A stretch of 64,000 nucleotides of DNA, taken from contig JBEKBT010000001.1 in assembly GCA_050015255.1 (NCBI GenBank), positions 11,710 through 75,709 on the forward strand, in the 5' to 3' direction. This document shows positions 8,860 through 17,822 of this stretch, in pieces. The DNA comes from Acidimicrobiales bacterium. GTDB lineage: Bacteria > Actinomycetota > Acidimicrobiia > Acidimicrobiales > Bog-793. The position numbers were made by a program, and so were the translations under genes. Within the stretch, counting starts at the first letter, position 1. Each line of letters starts with the position of its first letter. The notes beneath the pieces are model-generated. The model was not told the origin of the DNA. It made no database searches and saw nothing but the letters and a program-made list of their open reading frames with translations.

Positions 8860-9768
8860 ATGGACTTCGAGCAGCAGCACAATGCACTGAGCGGCGTCGT
8901 TGCCGTTCCGGTCACGCCCTTCGGGCCCGGTGGTGGGCTCGACGAGGCGGCCTATCAGCGGGTCATCCGCCGCCTCGTCGACGGCGGCGTCAGTACTGTC
9001 ACCCCTAATGGCAACACCGGCGAGTTCTACGCCCTGGCTCCGCAAGAGGCGAAGGTCGTCACCCGTCTTTGCCTGGAGGCGGCCGACACCTCGACGACGG
9101 TCATGGTCGGGGTCGGTCACGACGTCGCCTCGGCCCGCGAGGCCGCTAGGGACGCCCAGTCGGCCGGCGCGGCGATGATCATGGTCCACCAGCCCGTCCA
9201 TCCCTATGTCTCGGTCGAGGGATGGATCGACTACCACCGGGCCATCGCCAGCGCCGTGCCCGAGCTCGGGGTGGTCCTCTACGTGCGCAACGAGGTGATC
9301 CCCGGGGCCGCCTTCGCCCGGCTCGGGGAGGCATGCCCCAATGTGATCGGGGTGAAGTACGCCGTGGCGAACCCGGTGCACTTCGCGGCGGTGGCGGCCG
9401 ATGCCGGTGCGGGGCGCTTCACCTGGGTGGCCGGTCTGGCCGAGCTCCATGCTCCCGGGTACTTTGCCGTCGGGGCCAGGGGGTTCACCTCGGGAATGGC
9501 GAACGTCGATCCGGCGACGTCGCTCCGCCTCTGGCGTGCGTTGGAGGCGAGGGACCACGACATCGTGACGAACATCTGGCAGCGGGTGCGACCGTTCGAG
9601 CAGCTGCGTGCCGCCAACGCGAGCGCAGACAACGTCTCTGTGGTCAAAGAGGCGCTCTGCCAGCTCGGCGTGTGCGCCCGGGACGTAAGGCCACCGAGCT
9701 CGCCTCTGCCCGCCGAGACGCGGGCGAAGGTCACCGACATCCTCGAGCTGTGGGGCTTGGCCGCATGA
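8860..9768 (+). CDS. DapA-like aldolase/dehydratase (2-keto-3-deoxy sugar acid)
   Basis: VPVTPF, PNGNTGEFYAL, LYVR, VIGVKYA (Schiff-base Lys), FTSG.ANV. Confidence 0.85.
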   Translation: MDFEQQHNALSGVVAVPVTPFGPGGGLDEAAYQRVIRRLVDGGVSTVTPNGNTGEFYALAPQEAKVVTRLCLEAADTSTTVMVGVGHDVASAREAARDAQSAGAAMIMVHQPVHPYVSVEGWIDYHRAIASAVPELGVVLYVRNEVIPGAAFARLGEACPNVIGVKYAVANPVHFAAVAADAGAGRFTWVAGLAELHAPGYFAVGARGFTSGMANVDPATSLRLWRALEARDHDIVTNIWQRVRPFEQLRAANASADNVSVVKEALCQLGVCARDVRPPSSPLPAETRAKVTDILELWGLAA

Positions 9769-11486
9769 CCGGCGAGCCTGAAGCGCTCCGCAGCAGCCGC
9801 TGGTTCGAGGGCGAGGGGCTGCGGGCTTTCAGCCACCGCTCGCGCCTGCGCCAGCTCGGCGTAGGCGCGGACGAGCTCGCCGGCAAGCCGGTCATCGGGA
9901 TCCTCAACACCTGGAGCGAGATCAACCCCTGCCACATGCACCTGCGCGAGCGGGCCCAGGCGGTGAAGCGGGGCGTATGGGAAGCCGGCGGGTACCCGGT
10001 CGAGATGCCTGTGGCCACGCTGTCGGAGACCTTCCAGAAGCCGACGCCGATGCTCTACAGGAACCTGTTGGCGATGGACACCGAGGAGATACTCCGCTCC
10101 TACCCCTTCGACGGGGCCATCCTCATGGGCGGTTGCGACAAGTCCACACCGGCGCTGCTGATGGGGGCGGCGAGCGCCGACCGGCCGATCATCTACGTCC
10201 CGGCCGGCCCGATGCTCACCGGCCACTGGCGCGGAGAGACATTGGGCAGCGGCACCGACATGTGGCGGTTCTGGGACGAAAAGCGCGCCGGGACCATCAC
10301 CGAGGCCGATTGGCACAGCCTCGAGGAGGCGCTGGCCCGTTCCCCGGGCCAGTGCATGACGATGGGCACGGCCTCGACGATGACCTCCGCCGCCGAGGCT
10401 CTCGGGCTCACGCTTCCGGGCGCGTCATCGATCCCGGCAGTGGACTCCGCTCATCACAGGATGGCTGCCGCCAGCGGCTCGCGCATCGTGGAGATGGTGC
10501 GCGAGAACCTGACGATGTCGAAGATCGCCGACAAGAAGGCCTTCCTCGACGCGGTCACCGTCGTCCTCGCCCTCAGCGGCTCCACCAACGCCGTCATCCA
10601 CCTGATCGCCATGGCGGGGCGTTGCGGAGTCGATCTGGACCTCGAGGACTTCGACCGCCTCTCGCGGTCGACACCGGTGCTCGCCAACATCCGTCCGAGC
10701 GGCGAGTACCTCATGGAGGACTTCTATTACGCCGGCGGCCTTCGGGCGCTCATGGCGCAGATCCCGGACCTTTTGCACCTCGAACGGGTCACGGTCAACG
10801 GACGCACGCTCGCCGAGAACCTCGCCGGTGCCGCCATCGACGACGAGCGCGTGATCCGGCCCCGGGAGAACCCCCTCGCAGAGCACGGTGGTCTTGCCAT
10901 CCTCCACGGCAACCTGGCCCCGGACGGGGCGGTGATCAAGCATCTCGCCGCCTCGCCGCAGTTGCTGAGCCACACCGGGCCGGCCGTGGTCTTCGAGGAC
11001 TATCGCGACCTGCAGCGTCGCGTGAACGACCCGGCGCTCGACGTCACTGCCGGCTCGGTCCTCGTGCTGCGCCACGCGGGCCCCCAAGGCGGCCCGGGCA
11101 TGCCCGAGTACGGCATGTTGCCGATACCTGACAAGCTCCTGCGCCAGGGCGTCCGGGACATGGTCCGCATCTCGGACGCCAGGATGAGCGGGACGAGCTA
11201 CGGCACCTGCGTCCTGCACGTGGCCCCGGAGTCCTTCGTCGGGGGACCGCTGGCTCTGGTCCGAGACGGCGACCTGATCACCCTCGATGTGGCGCAACGG
11301 CGCCTTCATCTGAAGCTGAGCGACGAGGAGCTCGCCCGGCGCAAGGCGTCCTGGACGCCGCCTCCGAGGATCTTCGCGCGCGGCTACGGCGCCTTGTACG
11401 CCGAGCACATCGGCCAGGCCGACCAGGGGTGCGACTTCGACTTTCTCGCCCGCAGCGGGGCCGCAGTGGAGCCGGACGCGGGGTGA
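9765..11486 (+). CDS. araD: IlvD/Edd-family sugar-acid dehydratase (L-arabinonate dehydratase-like)
   Basis: INPCH.HL, KPTPMLYRNL, GGCDKSTP, CMTMGTASTM, GSTNAVIHL, GGPGMPE, RISDARMSGT, HVAPE; ATGA overlap with upstream stop. Confidence 0.88.
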   Translation: MTGEPEALRSSRWFEGEGLRAFSHRSRLRQLGVGADELAGKPVIGILNTWSEINPCHMHLRERAQAVKRGVWEAGGYPVEMPVATLSETFQKPTPMLYRNLLAMDTEEILRSYPFDGAILMGGCDKSTPALLMGAASADRPIIYVPAGPMLTGHWRGETLGSGTDMWRFWDEKRAGTITEADWHSLEEALARSPGQCMTMGTASTMTSAAEALGLTLPGASSIPAVDSAHHRMAAASGSRIVEMVRENLTMSKIADKKAFLDAVTVVLALSGSTNAVIHLIAMAGRCGVDLDLEDFDRLSRSTPVLANIRPSGEYLMEDFYYAGGLRALMAQIPDLLHLERVTVNGRTLAENLAGAAIDDERVIRPRENPLAEHGGLAILHGNLAPDGAVIKHLAASPQLLSHTGPAVVFEDYRDLQRRVNDPALDVTAGSVLVLRHAGPQGGPGMPEYGMLPIPDKLLRQGVRDMVRISDARMSGTSYGTCVLHVAPESFVGGPLALVRDGDLITLDVAQRRLHLKLSDEELARRKASWTPPPRIFARGYGALYAEHIGQADQGCDFDFLARSGAAVEPDAG

Positions 11487-12253
11487 GGCCGTCGCGCACT
11501 CTCGTCATCACCGGGGCCGCCGGGCGGCTCGGCACCTACCTGCGAGCGTCGCTGGAGGAGATCGCCACGTCCGCGCGCCTCGTCGACATCGCCGTGCCAC
11601 CGGAGGCCATCGCCGGCGAGCCCGTGGAGATCTACCAGGGCTCGGTCACCGATCCCGGTCTCCTCGACACGGTCTGTGGGGGCGCCGATGCCATCGTCCA
11701 CCTCGGGGGCTTCCCGGGCGATGCGCCCTGGGCCGAGCTCTCGCAGGTCAACGTCGGAGGGACGCGGGAGGTGCTCGAAGCCGCCCGCCGGCACGGTGTG
11801 AGACGGCTCGTCGTGGCGAGCAGCAACCACGCCGTGGGCTTTCACGTCCGCACGGCGCAGCCGCTCGAGGACGACGTGGCGCCGATGCCCGACAGCCTCT
11901 ACGGCGTGAGCAAGGCCGCAGCCGAGGCCCTCTGCCAGTTCTACAGCGTCAAGTACTCGATGGACATCGTCTGTTTGCGCATCGGGTCCTGTTTCGACCT
12001 CCCCCGGGACCACCGCATGCTGTCCACCTGGCTCTCGCCCGGCGACTTCGTCCGGCTCACGAGGGCGTCGCTGGCGACCCCGCACCCGGGCTTCCGTCTC
12101 GTGTGGGGCGTGTCGGCGAACATGCGCCGCTGGTGGTCAAGCGCCGGCGGCGACGCCATCGGCTTTCATCCCCAGGACGACGCCGAGAGGTTCGCCGAGC
12201 TCTTTCCCGGGAGCCCGCCCGAGCCAGAGTACGTCGGGGGAGTCACGATCTAG
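11483..12253 (+). CDS. NAD-dependent epimerase/dehydratase, uronate dehydrogenase-like
   Basis: ITGAAGRLG, ASSNHAVGF, PDSLYGVSK, LRIGSC, RMLSTWLSP.D, WGVSAN; GTGA overlap. Confidence 0.8.
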   Translation: MRPSRTLVITGAAGRLGTYLRASLEEIATSARLVDIAVPPEAIAGEPVEIYQGSVTDPGLLDTVCGGADAIVHLGGFPGDAPWAELSQVNVGGTREVLEAARRHGVRRLVVASSNHAVGFHVRTAQPLEDDVAPMPDSLYGVSKAAAEALCQFYSVKYSMDIVCLRIGSCFDLPRDHRMLSTWLSPGDFVRLTRASLATPHPGFRLVWGVSANMRRWWSSAGGDAIGFHPQDDAERFAELFPGSPPEPEYVGGVTI

Positions 12254-12337
12254 TGAGAGCCCTGCAACATCTCCGGCGGGCGGCCCGATTGAGGCCGTCC
12301 AAAGCCCAATCCGAAGCCTTCCTTCCAAGGAGTTCCC

Positions 12338-13828
12338 GTGAGTGACAAAGAGATCCCGTCCGCTCGCAGGTTGTTTCTCGATGTGCCCGAGGCCGTCGCC
12401 ATGGCCCTTGCCGCCGCCCCCTCGTGGCGGGCGCTCGAGCCGGGGCCACGCGCCGGGATGCTCCGTGCGCTCGCCGACGCCCTGGACGGCGCGGGCGACG
12501 AGCTCGTCTCCCTGGCCATCGCCGAGACCCACCTCGGCGAGACCCGGTTGCGGGGCGAGCTGGTCCGCACGACCTTCCAGCTGCGTTTCTTGGCCGGGGT
12601 GATCGAGGAGGGCGACTACCTGCAGGCCTGCATCGACCCGCCGGACGAGACCTGGCCCCCCGGGCCGCGGCCGGACCTGCGTCGGTCTCTTCGCCCGCTC
12701 GGCCCGGTGGCCGTCTTTGCCGCCAGCAATTTCCCCTTCGCCTTCAGCGTCGCCGGCGGTGACTCCGCCTCGGCGCTGGCCGCCGGCTGCCCGGTGGTGC
12801 TAAAGGCCCACCCGGGTCACCTGCGCCTGTCCGCCCGCTGCGGGGAGATCGTCTGCCGGGCGCTGCAAGAGGCCGGGGCGCCCGAGGGCACCTTCTCGGT
12901 GGTCGAAGGCGACGAAGCCGGCCGCAGGCTCGTCACCCATCCCGGCACGAGCGCGGTCGCCTTCACAGGATCGGCGAGGGTGGGACGGGTCCTGTTCGAC
13001 CTCGCCGTCTCTCGGCCGAAGCCGATCCCCTTCTACGGCGAGCTCGGCAGCGTTAACCCCGTGTTCGTGACGAGGCGGGCCGCGGCCACCCGCTTGGACG
13101 AGATCCTCTCCGGCTACGTCGCCTCGTTCTCCTTGGCGGCCGGGCAGTTCTGCACCCAGCCCGGGGTCCTGCTGCTGCCCGCAGGGGCCCTCGAGCCCGA
13201 CCGCCTTGGCGGCCTCGTCGCCGCTCAGCCGCCCGCCCGACTTCTCAACGACCGCATCGACGCCGCCTTCGAACAGGGGCTCGAGGCGCTGCGCGCCCGC
13301 CCGGGCGTCGAGGTCATCGCCGAGGGGAGCAGGCAGTCGGACGGCACGTGGACGCCCACCTTGTTGCGCACGACAGCCGAGGCTCTTGTCGCAGACGCCG
13401 AGCACCTCCTGGCGGAGTGCTTCGGCCCCGTTTCGCTCGTGGCCGAATACGACGAGGAGGCCCGCCTCGTCGATGTCGCCGAGATGCTCGAGGGCCAGCT
13501 CACCGCGACCGTCCACGGCGAGCCCGACGACGACGTCGTCGCGGGCCTGCTCGACACCCTCGCCGAGAAGGCGGGCCGGATCATCTGGAACGGCTGGCCG
13601 ACCAGTGTGTCGGTGACCTGGGCCATGCAGCACGGCGGCCCGTACCCGGCGACCACCTCACCGCTGCACACATCTGTCGGGGCTGCTGCCATCGGCCGGT
13701 TTCTCCGGCCTGTCGCCTACCAGGGCGTCCCCGACCAGCTCCTGCCGGCGGCACTGCGCGAGGACAATCCCCTTCGTCTTCCCAGGCGCGTGGACGGCCG
13801 CTATCGCCCTGGGCCTGTCTCAGCTTGA
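12338..13828 (+). CDS. Aldehyde dehydrogenase, 2,5-dioxopentanoate (KGSA) dehydrogenase-like
   Basis: GPVAVFAASNFPFAFSVAGGD, KAHPGH, FTGS, PFYGELGSVNP, GQFCTQPG, ECFGP, NGWPT, MQHGGPYPATT; SD AAGGAG. Confidence 0.85.
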   Translation: MSDKEIPSARRLFLDVPEAVAMALAAAPSWRALEPGPRAGMLRALADALDGAGDELVSLAIAETHLGETRLRGELVRTTFQLRFLAGVIEEGDYLQACIDPPDETWPPGPRPDLRRSLRPLGPVAVFAASNFPFAFSVAGGDSASALAAGCPVVLKAHPGHLRLSARCGEIVCRALQEAGAPEGTFSVVEGDEAGRRLVTHPGTSAVAFTGSARVGRVLFDLAVSRPKPIPFYGELGSVNPVFVTRRAAATRLDEILSGYVASFSLAAGQFCTQPGVLLLPAGALEPDRLGGLVAAQPPARLLNDRIDAAFEQGLEALRARPGVEVIAEGSRQSDGTWTPTLLRTTAEALVADAEHLLAECFGPVSLVAEYDEEARLVDVAEMLEGQLTATVHGEPDDDVVAGLLDTLAEKAGRIIWNGWPTSVSVTWAMQHGGPYPATTSPLHTSVGAAAIGRFLRPVAYQGVPDQLLPAALREDNPLRLPRRVDGRYRPGPVSA

Positions 13829-13897
13829 CCGAGACGCCTGGGGTGCCCGGTCGCGCCTCGCCGCCTCGGGGACATGCGGCAGGTGGCTGCAAATACC

Positions 13898-14369
13898 TCA
13901 GTCGTGATCGCCTGGGTCCTCGGTCGCCTTGTGCGGCTGGCCGTAGCTGACGAACTTCTGCGCCACCCGCTCCATCTCCTCGTCGCTCAGCACGCTGGGA
14001 GTTCCGGTGCTCTGGGCACGCCACAGCAGCTCAGCTGTGTACTCGACGACCTGAGCCACGTTGAGGGCCTTGGGCGCCGAGGTCCCGACCGCGATGACGC
14101 CGTGGTTCTGCAAGAGAACGGCGTTCCGCTTGCCCGGGGCGCCCACGCAGCACTCGTCGAGCTCTTTCGTGCCGTAGGTGCGGTAGGGAGCCACCTCGAC
14201 GCTCGGGCCGGCGAAAGCGAGCACGTAGTGGACAGCCACGATCGGCCGATTGAGGACGGCGAAGGTCGTCGCGAAGCGAGAATGTGTATGGACCACGCTT
14301 CGGACCTCCGACCGGGAGCGGTATACCTCCAGATGCATCTGGAGCTCGCTCGAGGGCAGGTACTCGCCG
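13898..14369 (-). pseudogene. 5'-truncated class II aldolase/adducin (L-fuculose-1-phosphate aldolase-like)
   Basis: PSSELQMH, VVHTHS, APYRTYGT.EL, LLQNHGVI; frame closed by TGA at 14387-14389, so the N-terminal GNxS region is absent. Confidence 0.75.
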
Positions 14370-14399
14370 GCCCGGGCAGACGGAGTTCACCTTGATTCC

Positions 14400-14804
14400 G
14401 TCGGCGACCAAGGCGAGGCCGCGGTGGCGATACTTCTCGGCGCCGAGCCGCGCCCGAGCGCGGTGATGTGCGCCAACGACCTTCTCGCCTTCGGGGTGCT
14501 CCGGGGGCTCGCCGGAGCCGGGGTCGCCGTTCCTGAAGAGATGGCCGTAATCGGCTACGACGACGGCGTCTTCGCCTCCATGTTGTCGCCCTCGCTCAGC
14601 TCTGTGCGCCAGCCCAAGTACGAACTTGGTGTCGCCGCCGCCGAGCTGCTCCTCGAGGAGGTGATCGGCGCATCGCACGAGCACCGGGCCATCCGCTTCG
14701 AGCCCGAGCTCGTCGTGCGTGCGTCGAGCACGCCCCGGGTCCGGCAGAGCAAGGGGAACGCTCGATCGAGCTCATCTCAAGCCGGCCATGGGATCGCGCC
14801 ATGA
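14400..14804 (+). pseudogene. C-terminal fragment of a LacI-family regulator (sugar-binding domain; no HTH)
   Basis: RPSAVMCANDLLAFGVL, VPEEMAVIGYDD, PSLSSVRQP.YELG..AAELLL, PELVVRAS; no LacI N-terminus upstream. Confidence 0.75.
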
Positions 14805-15091
14805 GGGTCGTCGCCTCCGACGAGGTGGGGGCGTACGTCGAGGCGAACGGCGGCGTGCTTGATGTCAACGCTCATCGTCGCCAGTGCTGCTCGGGGTCGA
14901 TGACCGTCCTCGACACTTCCACCCGCGAGCCGGCCGATCCGACGAGCTACCGTGCCTTCGACTCCGGCGAACTCCGGGTGCGCTTCTGCGGTGGCGGCCC
15001 CACCGAGCCGGACGAGCCCGTCGTCGAGATGAAGGGACTGCGCCGCAAGCGTCCGGTGGCGTACTGGGATGGCTGCGCCTTCAAGATCTGA
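14801..15091 (+). CDS. Small hypothetical protein with CC motif
   Basis: 96-aa ORF, ATGA overlap with LacI stop, RQCCSG and AYWDGC motifs. Confidence 0.55.
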   Translation: MRVVASDEVGAYVEANGGVLDVNAHRRQCCSGSMTVLDTSTREPADPTSYRAFDSGELRVRFCGGGPTEPDEPVVEMKGLRRKRPVAYWDGCAFKI

Positions 15092-15140
15092 GCCGGCCTC
15101 GGCCAGCACGAGCCGAGGGAGAGCCGATAGCGTCTGGGTG

Positions 15141-15932
15141 ATGCGTGTAGGCGACATCGAGCTGGTCCCGCTCAACGACGGCATGTGCAAGCTGCCGCAG
15201 GAGTTCTACGTAGGGCTCGATTTCGACACCCATCAGGAGCTGTTAGCGGACGACGGGCTCGTGCACATCCCGGTCGGGTGCTTCCTGCTCCGAAGTGGCG
15301 AGACGACCGTCCTCATCGACGCAGGCATCGGAGACGTCGACGTCGGATGGGCGCGGGGCGGGGAGCTGCCGGCCGCGCTTCGAGCCGCAGGTGCCTCACC
15401 GCCGGACATCGACATCGTCGTGTGCAGCCACCTCCATGTCGACCACATCGGCTGGCTCGTTGTGGGCGACGCCCCGTACTTCTCCAACGCCGTCGTGCGC
15501 TACGGCGCGGCCGACTGGCAGCAGTTCGTCGCCAGCGCCGACGCCGACGCCCGCAGCCGCCAGATCATGGAGGTCCTCGCCGCGGCCGGGCGGCTCGATC
15601 CTCTCGAGGGTGACATGCTGCGCATCGCACCGGGGCTGACGGCGCGGCACACACCTGGGCACACGCTCGGCCACTACGGGCTCGTGGTGTCGTCCGGCGA
15701 GGATCGGGCGGTGCTGCTCGGCGACGCCGTAGAGTGCCCGCTGCAGCTGGAGGAGCCTGATTTCTACGCCATGTCGGACGTGGATCCCGCCATGGCGGCC
15801 AGGACGCGCGAGGCCCTGTGGCGCGAGCTCGAAGGCACAGACGTCTCGGTCTCGGCCGCCCATTTCCCGGGCCTGCAGTTCGGGCGTGTGCTGACGGGGA
15901 CGGGAAGACGCCTTTTCGCCCCGCTCACATGA
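15141..15932 (+). CDS. MBL-fold metallo-hydrolase
   Basis: VLIDAG, SHLHVDHIGW, TPGHTLGH, LGD, AAHFP; TAGCGT 7 nt before ATG. Confidence 0.88.
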   Translation: MRVGDIELVPLNDGMCKLPQEFYVGLDFDTHQELLADDGLVHIPVGCFLLRSGETTVLIDAGIGDVDVGWARGGELPAALRAAGASPPDIDIVVCSHLHVDHIGWLVVGDAPYFSNAVVRYGAADWQQFVASADADARSRQIMEVLAAAGRLDPLEGDMLRIAPGLTARHTPGHTLGHYGLVVSSGEDRAVLLGDAVECPLQLEEPDFYAMSDVDPAMAARTREALWRELEGTDVSVSAAHFPGLQFGRVLTGTGRRLFAPLT

Positions 15933-15979
15933 CGACCTGACAAATCGTCCGCCCGGTTCCGTCGGGCGGACGGGGCCCC

Positions 15980-16465
15980 TCAGTGGACCTCGCCGTGTCC
16001 AACGATCGTGACGGGCTCGTGGCGCACCGGGAAATTCACCGAGCGGGCTATGAAGCACATTCTCTCGGCGTCGTCGTGCAATTCGCCGGCGGGCCCGCAC
16101 ATTGCCGCGTCGGCGACGGTGACCTCGGGGCGCAGCACTACCTCGCTGAACTGGCCACTGCCGTCCGGCTCCTCGATCATGGTGCCGATCGGGGTGTCGG
16201 TGTAGGCAGTCACTACGACTCCGGCGCTTGCGGCGAGGTGCAGGTACCAGAGCATGTGGCACTGGGACAAGGACGCCACGAGCAGCTCCTCGGGGTTCCA
16301 GAGCGACGCGTTGCCGCGAAAGGCGGGGTCGGAGGAGCCGGCGATCATCGACTTGCCGGCGGCGTGTATCTCGTGGTCGCGGCTGTAGGTGCGGTAACTG
16401 CTCGTGCCCGAACCGTTATTGCCGGTCCAGCGCAGGGAAAGCTCGTAGAGGTGGGTGACGCTCAA
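15980..16465 (-). CDS. OsmC-family protein
   Basis: GSSDPAFRG, WNPEELLVASLSQCHMLWYL, CFIARSVNFPV; TTG start overlaps upstream stop. Confidence 0.88.
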   Translation of the reverse strand: MSVTHLYELSLRWTGNNGSGTSSYRTYSRDHEIHAAGKSMIAGSSDPAFRGNASLWNPEELLVASLSQCHMLWYLHLAASAGVVVTAYTDTPIGTMIEEPDGSGQFSEVVLRPEVTVADAAMCGPAGELHDDAERMCFIARSVNFPVRHEPVTIVGHGEVH

Positions 16466-17211
16466 CCCGAGAGCCTCGATTGCAGCTGTTCGAGGGCATC
16501 GCGGAGCGCGGCCACCTCGGCCCGGAGCTCAGCGACCTCGTTCTCGAGGGCACTGAGCTCCGGGCTGGTGCGCTCTGGCGGCTCGTACTCACCGGTCCGC
16601 TCGTCGGCCTCCACAACGGCCTCGGGCGATTGGGCAACTGCGCCCGGCCAGTGCTCGGGGACCGGTGCGCGCCAAGAGCTCGTGCTGCCGGTGCCACCGA
16701 AAGCGTCGGCCGCGGGCGCTTCTGGTGTGAGCAGCTGCACCCAGCGCTCCTCCTTCTGTCCGGGACGACGGGGCAACTGCAGCACCAACGGCTCGGCGCG
16801 GCCGGCCATGTGCTCCAGCTCGGCGCCTACGGCGGCGAGGCCGTCGAATGTCGCCATTCGCTCGGTCCGGGTACGCAGCTCGCCGGCAGTCTGCGGACCG
16901 CGCAACAGCAGCACGGCCAAGAGGGCGAGGCTCCTCTCGTCGAGACCGAGGGACTCGTCGAGCACCTGCCGGTAACGCGTCGCCGAGCGGCCGCTAGAGG
17001 GATAGACAAAGCGAACGAGCCCGACCTCTTTGAGCGACGCCAGTATCCGCTGCACGAGGCCTTCTTCGTACGCGACCACCGGGTCGCGGTTCGAAGTCTG
17101 GTTGCACGCCAACACAAGCGCGTTGAGGGTGAGGGGGTACTGCTGCGGAGTTGTCAGCTGTTTTTCGATGAGACAGCCGACGATCCTTCCCTGCTCGACG
17201 CTCAGGCGCAC
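16462..17211 (-). CDS. YceH/DUF480 family protein
   Basis: RIVGCLIEKQLTTPQQYPLTLNAL..ACNQTSNRDPV, LLLRGPQTAGELRTR.ERM, RPGQKE.RW; TATGAT 6 nt before GTG 17211. Confidence 0.88.
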   Translation of the reverse strand: MRLSVEQGRIVGCLIEKQLTTPQQYPLTLNALVLACNQTSNRDPVVAYEEGLVQRILASLKEVGLVRFVYPSSGRSATRYRQVLDESLGLDERSLALLAVLLLRGPQTAGELRTRTERMATFDGLAAVGAELEHMAGRAEPLVLQLPRRPGQKEERWVQLLTPEAPAADAFGGTGSTSSWRAPVPEHWPGAVAQSPEAVVEADERTGEYEPPERTSPELSALENEVAELRAEVAALRDALEQLQSRLSG

Positions 17212-17429
17212 GGACCGATCATAAGGGTCCTCGAGAACGCGCAACGAGGGGCGGTTGCGCCTTCATCCTCCGAGAGCGCCAGGGGTCAGGGCACCTGCGA
17301 CGACTGTCACGACCTCGACGGTCTGCTGCCGGTGAAGCCGGTCGCTGAAGAGGAAGCAGGTCTCCCGGCAGAGAACATGGGTGCAATGGCGCATACCAAG
17401 ATCCCTGAGAGGATCTACCGTTGTTGTCC

Positions 17430-17822
17430 ATGGATATCAGTCGCTTCGACTTCGAGCTTGACGAAATAGTCCGCCTCATTCCGAGGCTGACGGACCTGGC
17501 TCAGATCATCGAGCTGGAACCGAGACTGCACAACGCCGACGAAGACCAGGAGAAGGCTCACTCGGTCCGCACCGAAGCGACCTTCCGGATCTCTTGTCAG
17601 TTAGCGGGAAACGATCAAACCGTCAGTCGACTTGCCGATTTGGCGGTCGAGACCGGCGTGGAGGCCGTGCTGGACTTCGGCAGGTCTGTCAGGTTCCGCC
17701 ATGTGCACGCGAACGAGATTGCGCCGCCCGTACCCCGGCGGGAGAGTCCGTCTGAGCCCGGCCAGGACCGTCCGGCCGCCGAGGAGGACGTTCCGCCGGC
17801 GCCGGAGGAGGATCGTCCGTGA
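17430..17822 (+). CDS. Hypothetical protein
   Basis: ORF whose stop overlaps the next gene's GTG (GTGA); no recognised motif. Confidence 0.55.
   Translation: MDISRFDFELDEIVRLIPRLTDLAQIIELEPRLHNADEDQEKAHSVRTEATFRISCQLAGNDQTVSRLADLAVETGVEAVLDFGRSVRFRHVHANEIAPPVPRRESPSEPGQDRPAAEEDVPPAPEEDRP

Noticed and set aside
9222-9764. 754-aa version of the dehydratase
   Set aside because: An off-frame overlap of the dapA-like gene; the ATGA overlap at 9765 marks the start
15123-15130. GCCGATAG as a third sigma28 promoter
   Set aside because: No CTCA-like -35 at the right spacing; the overlapping TAGCGT-N7-ATG explains the site better
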